From an uncultured virus (IMG/VR IMGVR_UViG_3300042452_000440) (lineage: Duplodnaviria > Heunggongvirae > Uroviricota > Caudoviricetes): 57,005 nucleotides of DNA. The notes below the pieces were generated by a model. It did no database searches and had not been told where the DNA came from. It saw only the letters and a list, made by a program, of their open reading frames with translations. This document shows positions 39,384 to 47,209 of the stretch, in pieces. The stretch's first letter is position 1, and every line of letters begins with the position of its first letter. The position numbers and the translations under genes are program-made. The stretch is from IMG/VR virus record IMGVR_UViG_3300042452_000440. The stretch is one strand, 5' to 3'.

Positions 39384-39465
39384 AATACCCTCCTTTTGTT
39401 CCGAAATAAAGAGTTGTTAATACGAAAGGAATTGAAACAAATAAAAGTGCTTTTGCTAATAACAT
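39343..39465 (-). CDS. ndhP: NdhP-like small subunit of photosynthetic NDH-1L (40 aa)
   Basis: MLLAKALLFVSIPFVLTTLYFGTKGGYYDTEKYKGNGTAH: one TM helix plus the FGT+xG(F/Y)YDTxxYxGNG(S/T)AH NdhP C-terminal signature. Confidence 0.82.
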   Translation of the reverse strand: MLLAKALLFVSIPFVLTTLYFGTKGGYYDTEKYKGNGTAH

Positions 39466-39965
39466 CATACCATCTCCATTGCTCTTGAAAGTTCAATATA
39501 GTGATTGATTTCATCCACTGCGATTTCACCTATTCTGGCGTCTTCTGGATGATCCCAGAAGTAGTTTAGATAGGTTTCTGTGGCGTGATACTCAATACCT
39601 GCATTCAGGTGATAAGCAGAGACAGGAGCAATAAAATAATAACCCACCAAAATCCAATAATAGACGAGAACCAAGTGATAAGCAATAAAACGGTCATGCC
39701 AACGGTCGGCACCACCACGCCTTTCCATTTCGATGAGATGTTCGGTTTCATTGAGTGTCTGTGCAAAGTGTTCTTTCATTAAGTAGTAGTGTGATAAATC
39801 TCTGAGTCCTAATGATTCTTTAAGATGCAGCACACTCACGAAAGCAAAGTATGGTGCTCTGGCAATTGTTTCCAAAACCCAGAATCTTTGTATGGGTAAG
39901 TCACGATACAGAAAGTCAATGATTGATATCGTGACTAGCAGGATTGTATCGTTGAACTTTTTCAT
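39465..39965 (-). CDS. ptox: Plastoquinol terminal oxidase (alternative oxidase family)
   Basis: RFWVLETIARAPYFAF.SVLH..ESLG, NETEHL, E.HA.ETY, DEINH di-iron ligands. Confidence 0.92.
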   Translation of the reverse strand: MKKFNDTILLVTISIIDFLYRDLPIQRFWVLETIARAPYFAFVSVLHLKESLGLRDLSHYYLMKEHFAQTLNETEHLIEMERRGGADRWHDRFIAYHLVLVYYWILVGYYFIAPVSAYHLNAGIEYHATETYLNYFWDHPEDARIGEIAVDEINHYIELSRAMEMV

Positions 39966-40129
39966 AAAAATACGCCTGGTTTGTAATCTACTAACTTTCG
40001 AATCTCATCCAGAAGTGCTCCATACTCTTTAAATTTTCTGTCACCAGCGATAAAATGTCTTTGCCTTGTCCAGACTGCATCTGCTAAAAGTTTCAGTTCG
40101 TATTCTGATAATCCGTTAAATCTTTCCAT
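39962..40129 (-). CDS. Small hypothetical protein (55 aa)
   Basis: Hand-translated MERFNGLSEYELKLLADAVW...; AGGAG RBS; ATGA-coupled to PTOX. Confidence 0.6.
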   Translation of the reverse strand: MERFNGLSEYELKLLADAVWTRQRHFIAGDRKFKEYGALLDEIRKLVDYKPGVFL

Positions 40130-40140
40130 TTAATAACTCC

Positions 40141-41184
40141 TTATCTTACGTGATGACCACCGAACATATAACGCATTCCATTTAAGATTTTTGCTCCGAA
40201 GGATCCGAGATTGCGTGAGTTAAATCTTTCAAATAGTGCAGTAGTAATGACAGGAGCGGGAACCCCCAGATCCACAGCGGCAGAAACAGTCCAACGACCC
40301 TCACCACTGTCGGATACGCCGCCAGAGAACTGTTTAAGCTCACCATCCCTGCGTAACACATCAGCAGTAAGATCGAGTAACCAAGACCCAACCACGCTAC
40401 CACGACGCCATAACTCAGCCACCTCAGCAACATCAATATCATAACAATAACTTTCGGGGTCTGCCATTGGGGCAACCTCTGCATCTCCTTCTCTGACATA
40501 CTTGGCACCTGCATTGGCGTTTTTAATAATGTTAAATCCTTCTGCATATGCCTGCATTATTCCATACTCAATTCCATTATGAACCATTTTAACAAAGTGC
40601 CCTGCGCCTGGACCACCACAATGCAACCAACCAAACTCAGCAGAAGTTACGTCTGAGTTAAATTGAGTCCTGGTGGCAGCACCGATTCCTGGTGCGAGGG
40701 CATCAAAAATGCTTGCACAAGTGGCGACTGCAGTATTTCCACCTCCAACCATAAGACAGTATCCACGATCCAAGCCATAAACACCACCGCTAGTGCCGCA
40801 ATCAATATATTGGATACCCAACTTTGCAAGACGCTCTGCTCTTTTCCGACTGTCTTTAAAATTGCTATTGCCATGATCAATAATAATATCTCCTTCGTCA
40901 CAATATCGTAGTAACTCATTAATCGTCTCCTCTACTGTTTCTGCTGGTACAACCATCATAAAGATGCCTGGTCCATATTTGTCTGATACTCCACTCTGAG
41001 TATGTTTTACTACTTGAGCAAGGCTTTGTATAGAAGTTGTAATACCATTAACATATCCGTTTTCGTATGCTTCGTTTGCTTTTTCATAATTTCTTCGATA
41101 CCCCCAAACTTCTATTCCTGCTTTCATCATACGGCGAGACATGCCCTCACCCATTCTTCCCAAACCAATTAATCCTACTTTCAT
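40141..41184 (-). CDS. gnd: 6-phosphogluconate dehydrogenase (decarboxylating, short form)
   Basis: GLIGLGRMG, DCGTSGG, GAGHFVKMVHNGIEYG, DSGEGRW, FGGH. Confidence 0.96.
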   Translation of the reverse strand: MKVGLIGLGRMGEGMSRRMMKAGIEVWGYRRNYEKANEAYENGYVNGITTSIQSLAQVVKHTQSGVSDKYGPGIFMMVVPAETVEETINELLRYCDEGDIIIDHGNSNFKDSRKRAERLAKLGIQYIDCGTSGGVYGLDRGYCLMVGGGNTAVATCASIFDALAPGIGAATRTQFNSDVTSAEFGWLHCGGPGAGHFVKMVHNGIEYGIMQAYAEGFNIIKNANAGAKYVREGDAEVAPMADPESYCYDIDVAEVAELWRRGSVVGSWLLDLTADVLRRDGELKQFSGGVSDSGEGRWTVSAAVDLGVPAPVITTALFERFNSRNLGSFGAKILNGMRYMFGGHHVR

Positions 41185-41276
41185 ACAACTCCTGGATATG
41201 CGTGTGTAAGTCCCCAATAAATGAATAGTATAATAGAACCAAAAAGTAAAAATGAAGATATAAAAAGATTACTCAT
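41181..41276 (-). CDS. 31-aa single-TM microprotein
   Basis: MSNLFISSFLLFGSIILFIYWGLTHAYPGVV; stop overlaps the gnd ATG (ATGA). Confidence 0.55.
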   Translation of the reverse strand: MSNLFISSFLLFGSIILFIYWGLTHAYPGVV

Positions 41277-41382
41277 CGTCCTCATCCTCATAAGTTGAAG
41301 GTTCTTCAAATAGTTCGTCTATTTTCTGTTGTAAAACTCTCCTTTGGAGTTCTTGCAAATCTTTTTCTGTAATTATCCCCAT
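41269..41382 (-). CDS. Small acidic protein (37 aa)
   Basis: MGIITEKDLQELQRRVLQQKIDELFEEPSTYEDEDDE; TAATG-coupled. Confidence 0.5.
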   Translation of the reverse strand: MGIITEKDLQELQRRVLQQKIDELFEEPSTYEDEDDE

Positions 41383-41588
41383 TAGTTTAAAGTAATTTTA
41401 AGAAATGGAAGTAACGGGGGAATAACCCCAATCAACCTTAAAAGTCCCTCAGCAAATAAAGCAAGAACCACCCAACCGACGCACATACTAATGATAGAAG
41501 CATTACGGTTGTGTCGTCGTATTGCAGCATCGATCATCTCCTGCACTTCTGTGCGAGTTACATAATCATCGTCAAATGGTTCCATCAT
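41382..41588 (-). CDS. Small membrane protein
   Basis: EVQEMIDAAIRRHNRNASIISMCVGW plus TM segment. Confidence 0.65.
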   Translation of the reverse strand: MMEPFDDDYVTRTEVQEMIDAAIRRHNRNASIISMCVGWVVLALFAEGLLRLIGVIPPLLPFLKITLN

Positions 41589-41734
41589 TTCTCATCTCCA
41601 AGAAACTTTGCCAGAGGATCTCTTCTGGTTTTAACGATTTCTACTGCTCTCTTATAGAACATATTATCGGTGTTCCCAGAAGATTCAAAAGTCTCCTTGA
41701 TCTTCACCCAATTGTCATAGGTGTGCTGATCCAT
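41585..41734 (-). CDS. Small hypothetical protein (49 aa)
   Basis: Hand-translated MDQHTYDNWVKIKETFESSGNTDNMFYKRAVEIVKTRRDPLAKFLGDEK. Confidence 0.6.
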   Translation of the reverse strand: MDQHTYDNWVKIKETFESSGNTDNMFYKRAVEIVKTRRDPLAKFLGDEK

Positions 41735-41846
41735 AGGGTTTTAGGTTGAATACTACTAGTTATTCTAGTAAGTACTTTTACTATGTCAAGTTTGTGTTGA
41801 TACAAAAATATAGATTAAGAAAATCTAAAATTTGTAATATTTGTAA

Positions 41847-41930
41847 CGGAAGCGGTTGGATTCGAACCAACGGTGCTATTAACACGCTTGTTTTCAAGAC
41901 AAGTTCCTTAAACCACTCGGACACGCTTCC
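41847..41930 (-). tRNA. tRNA-Ser(TGA)
   Basis: Type II cloverleaf; CTTGT-CTTGAAA-ACAAG. Confidence 0.93.
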
Positions 41931-41941
41931 AATAAAAGTCC

Positions 41942-42199
41942 TTAACGGACTTCAAAATCTAAACGTCTTACTTTACGTTGTCTCCTTGCCTCCTGAAAGG
42001 CAAGATCTTCATTAGTCAGAACACCAGGTTTTGATTTGTGTCCATAAGAGTTTAACATAACAACAGCAGATAAGTCAACTGCCGAAATCTTATCACCACG
42101 AATGGATGCCATATTAGGGCAACCACAAGACACAGTTTTCGTAGGATGCCCTTCTAACTCCCTACCACAGGAGCGGCATCTAATTCTTAAATTTTCCAT
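41942..42199 (-). CDS. Putative Zn-binding hypothetical protein
   Basis: CRSC...CGCPN. Confidence 0.7.
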   Translation of the reverse strand: MENLRIRCRSCGRELEGHPTKTVSCGCPNMASIRGDKISAVDLSAVVMLNSYGHKSKPGVLTNEDLAFQEARRQRKVRRLDFEVR

Positions 42200-42215
42200 C
42201 TCTATAATAAGTTAA

Positions 42216-42653
42216 TTATTTTTCAGTAAATGAGCGAAGCATCCAAACGAACTTACCGTGTGCTTCATTTAAATCATCAAGAAGATTGATCGTTCCTCTT
42301 GACTTCTGTTCCTCTGCTTCAGTAGCAGCATTGGAAAGCATAGTAATTATTTTTTGATGACCATCCATCAAATCACGAATCATTTCCATTTCGGAAATAT
42401 TAGATTTTGCTTCACCAACACCAGAAACCTCTATTACCCTTGACAATGAACTAACTGGTTTTGCACCAAGATACCTCATATGCTCAGAAACACGATCAAC
42501 TTCCTCTTGAATAGCAAGATATTGCTCACCAAATAAGTCGTGAATCTGCTTAAAGTCAGGCCCAACAATGTGCCAATGATAAACCCAAGTTTTCTGAAAT
42601 AAGACAAAAAGACTTGCCTGAGTGTCAGAAAGTAACTTATATAATTTTTCCAT
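42216..42653 (-). CDS. dps: Dps-family ferritin-like protein
   Basis: HWHIVGPDFKQIHDLF...D.VSE..R...H.KFVWML. Confidence 0.9.
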   Translation of the reverse strand: MEKLYKLLSDTQASLFVLFQKTWVYHWHIVGPDFKQIHDLFGEQYLAIQEEVDRVSEHMRYLGAKPVSSLSRVIEVSGVGEAKSNISEMEMIRDLMDGHQKIITMLSNAATEAEEQKSRGTINLLDDLNEAHGKFVWMLRSFTEK

Positions 42654-42670
42654 TATACCAGTTTTTTAGG

Positions 42671-42678
42671 TATTTATA
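42671..42678 (-). promoter_or_regulatory. T4-type late promoter TATAAATA for dps
   Basis: Exact motif 18 nt upstream of the dps ATG. Confidence 0.75.
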
Positions 42679-42680
42679 AG

Positions 42681-42752
42681 TGGGCAATATCGGATTCGAA
42701 CCAATGACCGTCTGCGTGTAAAGCAGCTGCGCTACCGCTGCGCCAATCGCCC
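42681..42752 (-). tRNA. tRNA-Val(TAC)
   Basis: GGGCGAT...CTGC-TTTACAC-GCAG...ATTGCCCA; lies outside the main array. Confidence 0.9.
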
Positions 42753-42760
42753 ATAAAAAG

Positions 42761-42925
42761 TCAATACTGACTCATAAGATATTCTACTGTATTTGCTACA
42801 TCATTCATAGCATCTCGTAGATCTGTTTGCTGCCCTGACTCTTGCTTAATAATCGGACGATGATCATCAGTTAGAGTCCAACGCCATTGATCCATATCCT
42901 TACAGAACCAGAGATTAATTTTCAT
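42761..42925 (-). CDS. Small hypothetical protein (54 aa)
   Basis: Hand-translated MKINLWFCKDMDQWRWTL...QESGQ..DLRDAMNDVANTVEY. Confidence 0.6.
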   Translation of the reverse strand: MKINLWFCKDMDQWRWTLTDDHRPIIKQESGQQTDLRDAMNDVANTVEYLMSQY

Positions 42926-43073
42926 TCTTAAAATACTCCAATTCTATCCAGCGAAGAAGTGTGTTATAGGCATAGATTGATGCTTCTGTACAGTTGTCTT
43001 CTTTAAGTCTCTGGATATAATACTCAAGTGCCTCAATAACCATTTGACGGTCCATCTGGGAAATAAGAGACAT
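42915..43073 (-). CDS. Small hypothetical protein (52 aa)
   Basis: Hand-translated MSLISQMDRQMVIEALEYY...; AGGAGG RBS. Confidence 0.6.
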   Translation of the reverse strand: MSLISQMDRQMVIEALEYYIQRLKEDNCTEASIYAYNTLLRWIELEYFKNEN

Positions 43074-43102
43074 AACCCTCCTAACTCGTTATCTATAATA
43101 CA

Positions 43103-43492
43103 CTAAAAAGGGGGTTTTGTCAACTCCCCCTCTTCTTGTTTGTTTTTGTTGACTTGTTTAGCACTCCAAACAATGATAGATATGAGCGCAAAGTAAAACA
43201 GATAGTCGTCAATCATAACCAAAAAGAAAATAACTGAACCACCTATTCTCAAATAATCTGGCATTGGAATCTTGTTACAGACCCAACGAACTTGTTTTTC
43301 AAAGATAAAGTATAGTGGTATGAGTGCAGTGACTACAAACTCACTATACGGAATCACAAAATATAGAGAGAGCAATATAAAGATTGGGAAGTATTGCCTC
43401 TCTGGTATCCTCTTTAGATATGAAACATATAGATCAATCCATCCCTGACGGGTTTTTGGTCTTTTTTTCCAACGCTTGATCAATTGCTTCAT
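43103..43492 (-). CDS. Membrane protein
   Basis: 129 aa with several hydrophobic segments. Confidence 0.6.
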   Translation of the reverse strand: MKQLIKRWKKRPKTRQGWIDLYVSYLKRIPERQYFPIFILLSLYFVIPYSEFVVTALIPLYFIFEKQVRWVCNKIPMPDYLRIGGSVIFFLVMIDDYLFYFALISIIVWSAKQVNKNKQEEGELTKPPF

Positions 43493-43516
43493 ATTTAAAA
43501 ATTAATACTATCTATA

Positions 43517-44494
43517 TCACTTCTCACCCATACCGATTTGTTGAACCTTGATACGGGATTTATTCAAAATAGAACCAGCAAGAGGAACATAACCAAGATC
43601 ATCAGCAAGTGATTGTGCCTTAGAACTTAGAGCATAGTTGATAGCATCACGAACTGCGGTTGCCTTACCAGGAGCATAACCACTCTTATAGGCAATAATC
43701 CAGGTCAGAGTGGAGATAGGATATGCCTGAGCACCTGCGGGGTTAGGATCTTCACCAGCAAGGGTCACGGGGTCCAATTTGATGCCATTCAGAGCAGCGG
43801 CACCAGTTACAGCAGAAGGTCCAACGAACTTACCTGCCTTGTTTTGGAGAACTGCTGCTTGAAGTTTGTTGGGACGAACAAATCCAGTGTTCACATAACC
43901 AATGGCACCAGGAGTGTTCTTGATCGTGCCAGAGACACCTTCATTACCCTTAGCACCAACACCAGTAGGCCAGTTTACGGACTTACCCACACCAGGAGCC
44001 CAACCACCAAAAGCATCCAGAGAGTTGGTGAACGCATAAGTAGTTCCAGAACCATCAGAACGATGAACAACCATCATCTTACCAGCAGTACAACCGACTT
44101 GTTTCCAGTCCTTAATACGACCAGAAAAAATATCAACGGTTTGTTTCTGAGTTAGTTTCAGTTTGCAACCAGGTTTGTTATAGGCAATAGCAATCGTTCC
44201 ACCCACCATAGGAATCTGAACGACACCACGCTTTACTTTCTTTGCTTCAGATGACTTAATGGGTTCATCAGAGGCACCGAAATCTACGGTTCCAGCAACA
44301 AATTGACGAATACCAGCACCAGAACCAACGGACTGATAGTTCACACGGTTACCAGAAGATGTGGAGTAATCCTGGAACCAACGTTGATAGATGGGTGCGG
44401 GGAACGTAGCACCAGCACCATTAATAGCAGGTCCAGCAAGTGCAGAAGTAGGTGCAAGAGCAAGACCAATTGTAGCAATGTGTTTGAGTTTCAT
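43517..44494 (-). CDS. pstS: Phosphate ABC transporter substrate-binding protein
   Basis: Signal peptide; GAGATFPAPIY, YQSVGSGAG, DFGASD, HRSDGSGTT, YPI. Confidence 0.97.
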   Translation of the reverse strand: MKLKHIATIGLALAPTSALAGPAINGAGATFPAPIYQRWFQDYSTSSGNRVNYQSVGSGAGIRQFVAGTVDFGASDEPIKSSEAKKVKRGVVQIPMVGGTIAIAYNKPGCKLKLTQKQTVDIFSGRIKDWKQVGCTAGKMMVVHRSDGSGTTYAFTNSLDAFGGWAPGVGKSVNWPTGVGAKGNEGVSGTIKNTPGAIGYVNTGFVRPNKLQAAVLQNKAGKFVGPSAVTGAAALNGIKLDPVTLAGEDPNPAGAQAYPISTLTWIIAYKSGYAPGKATAVRDAINYALSSKAQSLADDLGYVPLAGSILNKSRIKVQQIGMGEK

Positions 44495-44516
44495 AAAAAT
44501 TAAAAACTTCTTTGTA

Positions 44517-44549
44517 ATTGTACTTGATTGAGTTTAAGAGAAAGTTAAA
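44517..44549 (-). promoter_or_regulatory. Putative pho box and -10 upstream of pstS
   Basis: TTTAACTT-TCT-CTTAAACT (11-bp period; cyanobacterial YTTAAYYW consensus), 8 nt above TACAAT. Confidence 0.6.
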
Positions 44550-44563
44550 TGTCACCAAACACC

Positions 44564-44588
44564 AAAAAACCTCCCCGAAAGGAGGTTT
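44564..44588 (-). terminator. Terminator after porin
   Basis: AAACCTCC-TTTCGG-GGAGGTTT plus T-tract. Confidence 0.8.
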
Positions 44589-44606
44589 AGAGGTATCAGG
44601 ATTCTA

Positions 44607-46085
44607 TCAGAAACGGAAGGTCGTCTGAATCACACCACCATAGTTAGAAGATGCGTTCTTAAATGCCTGATTATTAGAAACATAGAAGATTGCAGGAGTC
44701 ACGCTGATGTTATCGCTAACCTTGTAACGATAGAAGGCTTCCCACATCAGAGCGTCTTTGGTCAGCGTAGGTGCGTTGCCAGGTTGACCGATGGCAAAAC
44801 CAGAGGCATTACCCTTAGCAAACACATCACTCCACTGAACACCAGCCATCCAAGTTTGGGAGTTGGTAGCAGCATTAGGAGTTGCAGGACCACTCACATA
44901 GTTCCAACCATAAGCGGCAGAGACCGAAGGAATGATGCCAGACTTCTTAGGTTGCCAGTAAGCATTCAGAGCATAACCGTTAGAGGTTTGGTTAGCGGCA
45001 AGAGTACCACCATTACCAGCAACACCATTGAAGGTACGAACACGAGTGCCTTCCGTACCATTACGATAACCGAAAGCAATACCGTATTGAGGAGCACGAT
45101 AACCAACTTGTGCCAGAGTATTCAGAGCACCAGAGGCATCAAATTCACCTTTGGTAGAATCAGAACCGTTCTGAGCAACATAGTTCAAGTTAGCAACGAA
45201 ACCTTTCTTACCCGCTTGTGCCCACTGAGCACCGAAACCAGAACCAGTTGCCTTGTTATAGACACCAGGAGCACCAGCAACAGCAAAGAAGTCAAGAACA
45301 TCCGACTTGTATGCAGTAGGAATCCATGCCATCTCAGTGTTACGAACCAGAGCACCAGCAGTCAGGGTTACGCCCTTAGCAAGTGCGGGGAAGCTGTAGT
45401 ACAGACGGTCAAGATTGACTTGGTTTGCATAAGATTCTGCCTTATCCAGTTTGAACAGAGAAGAGGAAGAACCGAAAGGTTGCGAAGAGAAGTTACCAGA
45501 ACGCAGACGAGTGCGAAGCAGATCCTTACCAGTGAAGGAAGTATCAAAGTTCAGACGAAGATCGTAGTTGAATGCGGTGTTACCAACGTTGGTTCCGTTA
45601 GCAAGACGAGCACCTTCTACACCACCAAGAACGAAGGTTGCTTCACCTTTCAGTTTGGTAGTAGTAGAAAACTGAGTTGCTTGAAGTTGACCAACTTGTG
45701 CTTCCAGTTTATCAACACGACCACGAATAACAGCAAGTTCTTCACGGAACTCAGTAGCAAGACGTTGAAGTTCATCAGTAACTTCGGTTACACGATCAAG
45801 GCAAGCATTCAGAAGTGCAGCTGCCTCATAACGAGTCATTGCCTTACCACCACCATAGGTGCCGTTAGGATAACCAGCAACACAACCATAACGCTCAACA
45901 AGATTATTGAGTGCCTGATATGCCCAATCAGTAGGTTGAACATCAGACAGTTGAGTGATACTTGAAACCTGTTCCGAAGTGGAATATTGGTTGACTGCTA
46001 CCATATTCAGATCTGCGGCATTCGCAGTAACAGGAGCAACCATTCCCAGAGCAACAGGTGCAAGCATCAGTTGTTTGAGTTTCAT
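44607..46085 (-). CDS. Cyanobacterial outer-membrane porin (SomA/OprB-type with SLH domain)
   Basis: SDVQPTDWAYQAL..LVERYGCVAGYP...TRYEAAALLNACL, FSTTTKL.G, terminal TTFRF. Confidence 0.93.
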   Translation of the reverse strand: MKLKQLMLAPVALGMVAPVTANAADLNMVAVNQYSTSEQVSSITQLSDVQPTDWAYQALNNLVERYGCVAGYPNGTYGGGKAMTRYEAAALLNACLDRVTEVTDELQRLATEFREELAVIRGRVDKLEAQVGQLQATQFSTTTKLKGEATFVLGGVEGARLANGTNVGNTAFNYDLRLNFDTSFTGKDLLRTRLRSGNFSSQPFGSSSSLFKLDKAESYANQVNLDRLYYSFPALAKGVTLTAGALVRNTEMAWIPTAYKSDVLDFFAVAGAPGVYNKATGSGFGAQWAQAGKKGFVANLNYVAQNGSDSTKGEFDASGALNTLAQVGYRAPQYGIAFGYRNGTEGTRVRTFNGVAGNGGTLAANQTSNGYALNAYWQPKKSGIIPSVSAAYGWNYVSGPATPNAATNSQTWMAGVQWSDVFAKGNASGFAIGQPGNAPTLTKDALMWEAFYRYKVSDNISVTPAIFYVSNNQAFKNASSNYGGVIQTTFRF

Positions 46086-46155
46086 AAAAATTTGTTTTTA
46101 GTACTAAACGACATAGTGAAAATCGTGCAAGTAGTTGCGGCACGATTGATCACGG

Positions 46156-46189
46156 TATTTATCTTAACATTTTCTTTGGGATCAGTCAA
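46156..46189 (-). promoter_or_regulatory. Porin promoter TTGACT-N17-TAAGAT overlapping late-like GATAAATA
   Basis: -35 46184-46189, -10 46161-46166. Confidence 0.6.
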
Positions 46190-46206
46190 GTTTTTTGGTT
46201 TTCATA

Positions 46207-46278
46207 AGCGGAAGACGAGATTCGAACTCGCAACAACCTGCTTGGAAGGCAGGGACTCTACCGTTGAGTTACTTCCGC
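46207..46278 (-). tRNA. tRNA-Gly(TCC)
   Basis: CCTGC-CTTCCAA-GCAGG. Confidence 0.93.
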
Positions 46279-46280
46279 AA

Positions 46281-46334
46281 TGGTGGGGATTTACCCAGCC
46301 TCAGAGTTTCCTCTTCACAGGCACGGAACCCCAC
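46281..46334 (-). ncRNA. Unknown small RNA with kink-turn and CCA-ended stem
   Basis: GTGGGG...GCC-TGT-GA-AGAG-GAAA-CTCT-GA-GGC...CCCCACCA. Confidence 0.45.
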
Positions 46335-46360
46335 GCACTTCACTTCACACGGACTTGTAA

Positions 46361-46389
46361 AGTATATGACATAATGATCATTATGTCAA
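46361..46389 (-). promoter_or_regulatory. Sigma70 promoter TTGACA-N17-TATACT containing a perfect 22-bp palindrome
   Basis: TGACATAATGATCATTATGTCA at 46367-46388. Confidence 0.7.
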
Positions 46390-46390
46390 G

Positions 46391-46463
46391 AGCCCCCGAC
46401 AAGACTTGAACTTGCGACAACCGCTTTACAAAAGCGGTGCTCTACCAGCTGAGCTACAAGGGC
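46391..46463 (-). tRNA. tRNA-Thr(TGT)
   Basis: CCGCT-TTTGTAA-AGCGG. Confidence 0.93.
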
Positions 46464-46466
46464 GAA

Positions 46467-46674
46467 TGGGTATCGAGTGCCCGACACCCGCAGAAGACAC
46501 TTTCTGCGATTTTCACTGCATTAGAGGGCAGTGATAAAAGAAAACACCAAACCTTATTTTTCCTGTTCTCAGGAAGGCACCCAAATGGGGTGGGAGACCT
46601 TGCAAGGGTTTATACCTCCAAAGTTTGTCCAGCGTTTTCAATTTGAAAGAATCGGACATTTCCAATCCTTTCAA
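46467..46674 (-). ncRNA. ~200-nt multi-helix structured RNA of unknown family
   Basis: At least seven hand-identified helices, several with G-U pairs, filling the Asn-Thr spacer. Confidence 0.5.
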
Positions 46675-46747
46675 CTGGGGCGGCAGGGATCGAACCTGCG
46701 ACCTAGATGTTAACAGCATCCCGCTACTACCGCTGAGCTACACCCCA
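46675..46747 (-). tRNA. tRNA-Asn(GTT)
   Basis: GGATG-CTGTTAA-CATCT. Confidence 0.92.
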
Positions 46748-46812
46748 ATATTTGTTTTTATGTGTAAGGGAAAGGAGAGCTCTTGGACGGAACCGCAGGA
46801 TCACTTTCCCAG

Positions 46813-46883
46813 TGGAGAATAGCAGAATCGAACTGCTAATAAGTGCTTGCAAAGCACCCGTTATACCGTTTAACTAATTCCCC
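46813..46883 (-). tRNA. tRNA-Ala(TGC)
   Basis: GGTGC-TTTGCAA-GCACT; G3-U70 identity pair. Confidence 0.92.
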
Positions 46884-46890
46884 AAATTGG

Positions 46891-46962
46891 AGGCGGGGGG
46901 TGGAGTTGAACCACCTACCTGAAGCTTATGAGACTTCTGTGCAACCGTTACACTTCCCCACG
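46891..46962 (-). tRNA. tRNA with CAT anticodon (Met or Ile2), atypical
   Basis: GAAGT-CTCATAA-GCTTC; C1xC72 mismatch, A8, encoded CCA. Confidence 0.75.
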
Positions 46963-47026
46963 ATGATGGATTGAGTGTGATACATCTCATAAGGATGTAA
47001 CAGGGACTCAACCTCCAACAATTTAT

Positions 47027-47055
47027 ATAGTAACAAACTTTTGCAAGTTTGTCAA
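47027..47055 (-). promoter_or_regulatory. Internal sigma70 promoter TTGACA-N17-TACTAT in the tRNA array
   Basis: -35 47050-47055, -10 47027-47032. Confidence 0.7.
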
Positions 47056-47056
47056 G

Positions 47057-47130
47057 CGTCCTTTGAGAGATTCGAACTCCCGACACATAGGTTCGTAGCC
47101 TACTGCTCTATTCCACTGAGCTAAAAGGAC
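47057..47130 (-). tRNA. tRNA-Arg(ACG)
   Basis: GTAGG-CTACGAA-CCTAT. Confidence 0.93.
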
Positions 47131-47133
47131 AGG

Positions 47134-47205
47134 CGAAGGGTGAGGGATTTGAACCCCCATCGCAAGGTTTTGGAGACCTGCATCTTACCATTAGACCAAC
47201 CCAAC
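47134..47205 (-). tRNA. tRNA-Trp(CCA)
   Basis: AGGT-CTCCAAA-ACCT; two U-U mismatches in the acceptor stem. Confidence 0.8.
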
Positions 47206-47209
47206 AAGG

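Noticed and set aside
41821..41847. TTACAAAT repeats downstream of tRNA-Ser(TGA) as a further HLR1 box
   Set aside because: Period is 9 bp rather than the 10 bp of HLR1
44784..45965. 393-aa plus-strand ORF
   Set aside because: Antisense shadow of the porin caused by its biased codon usage; no motif, RBS or promoter
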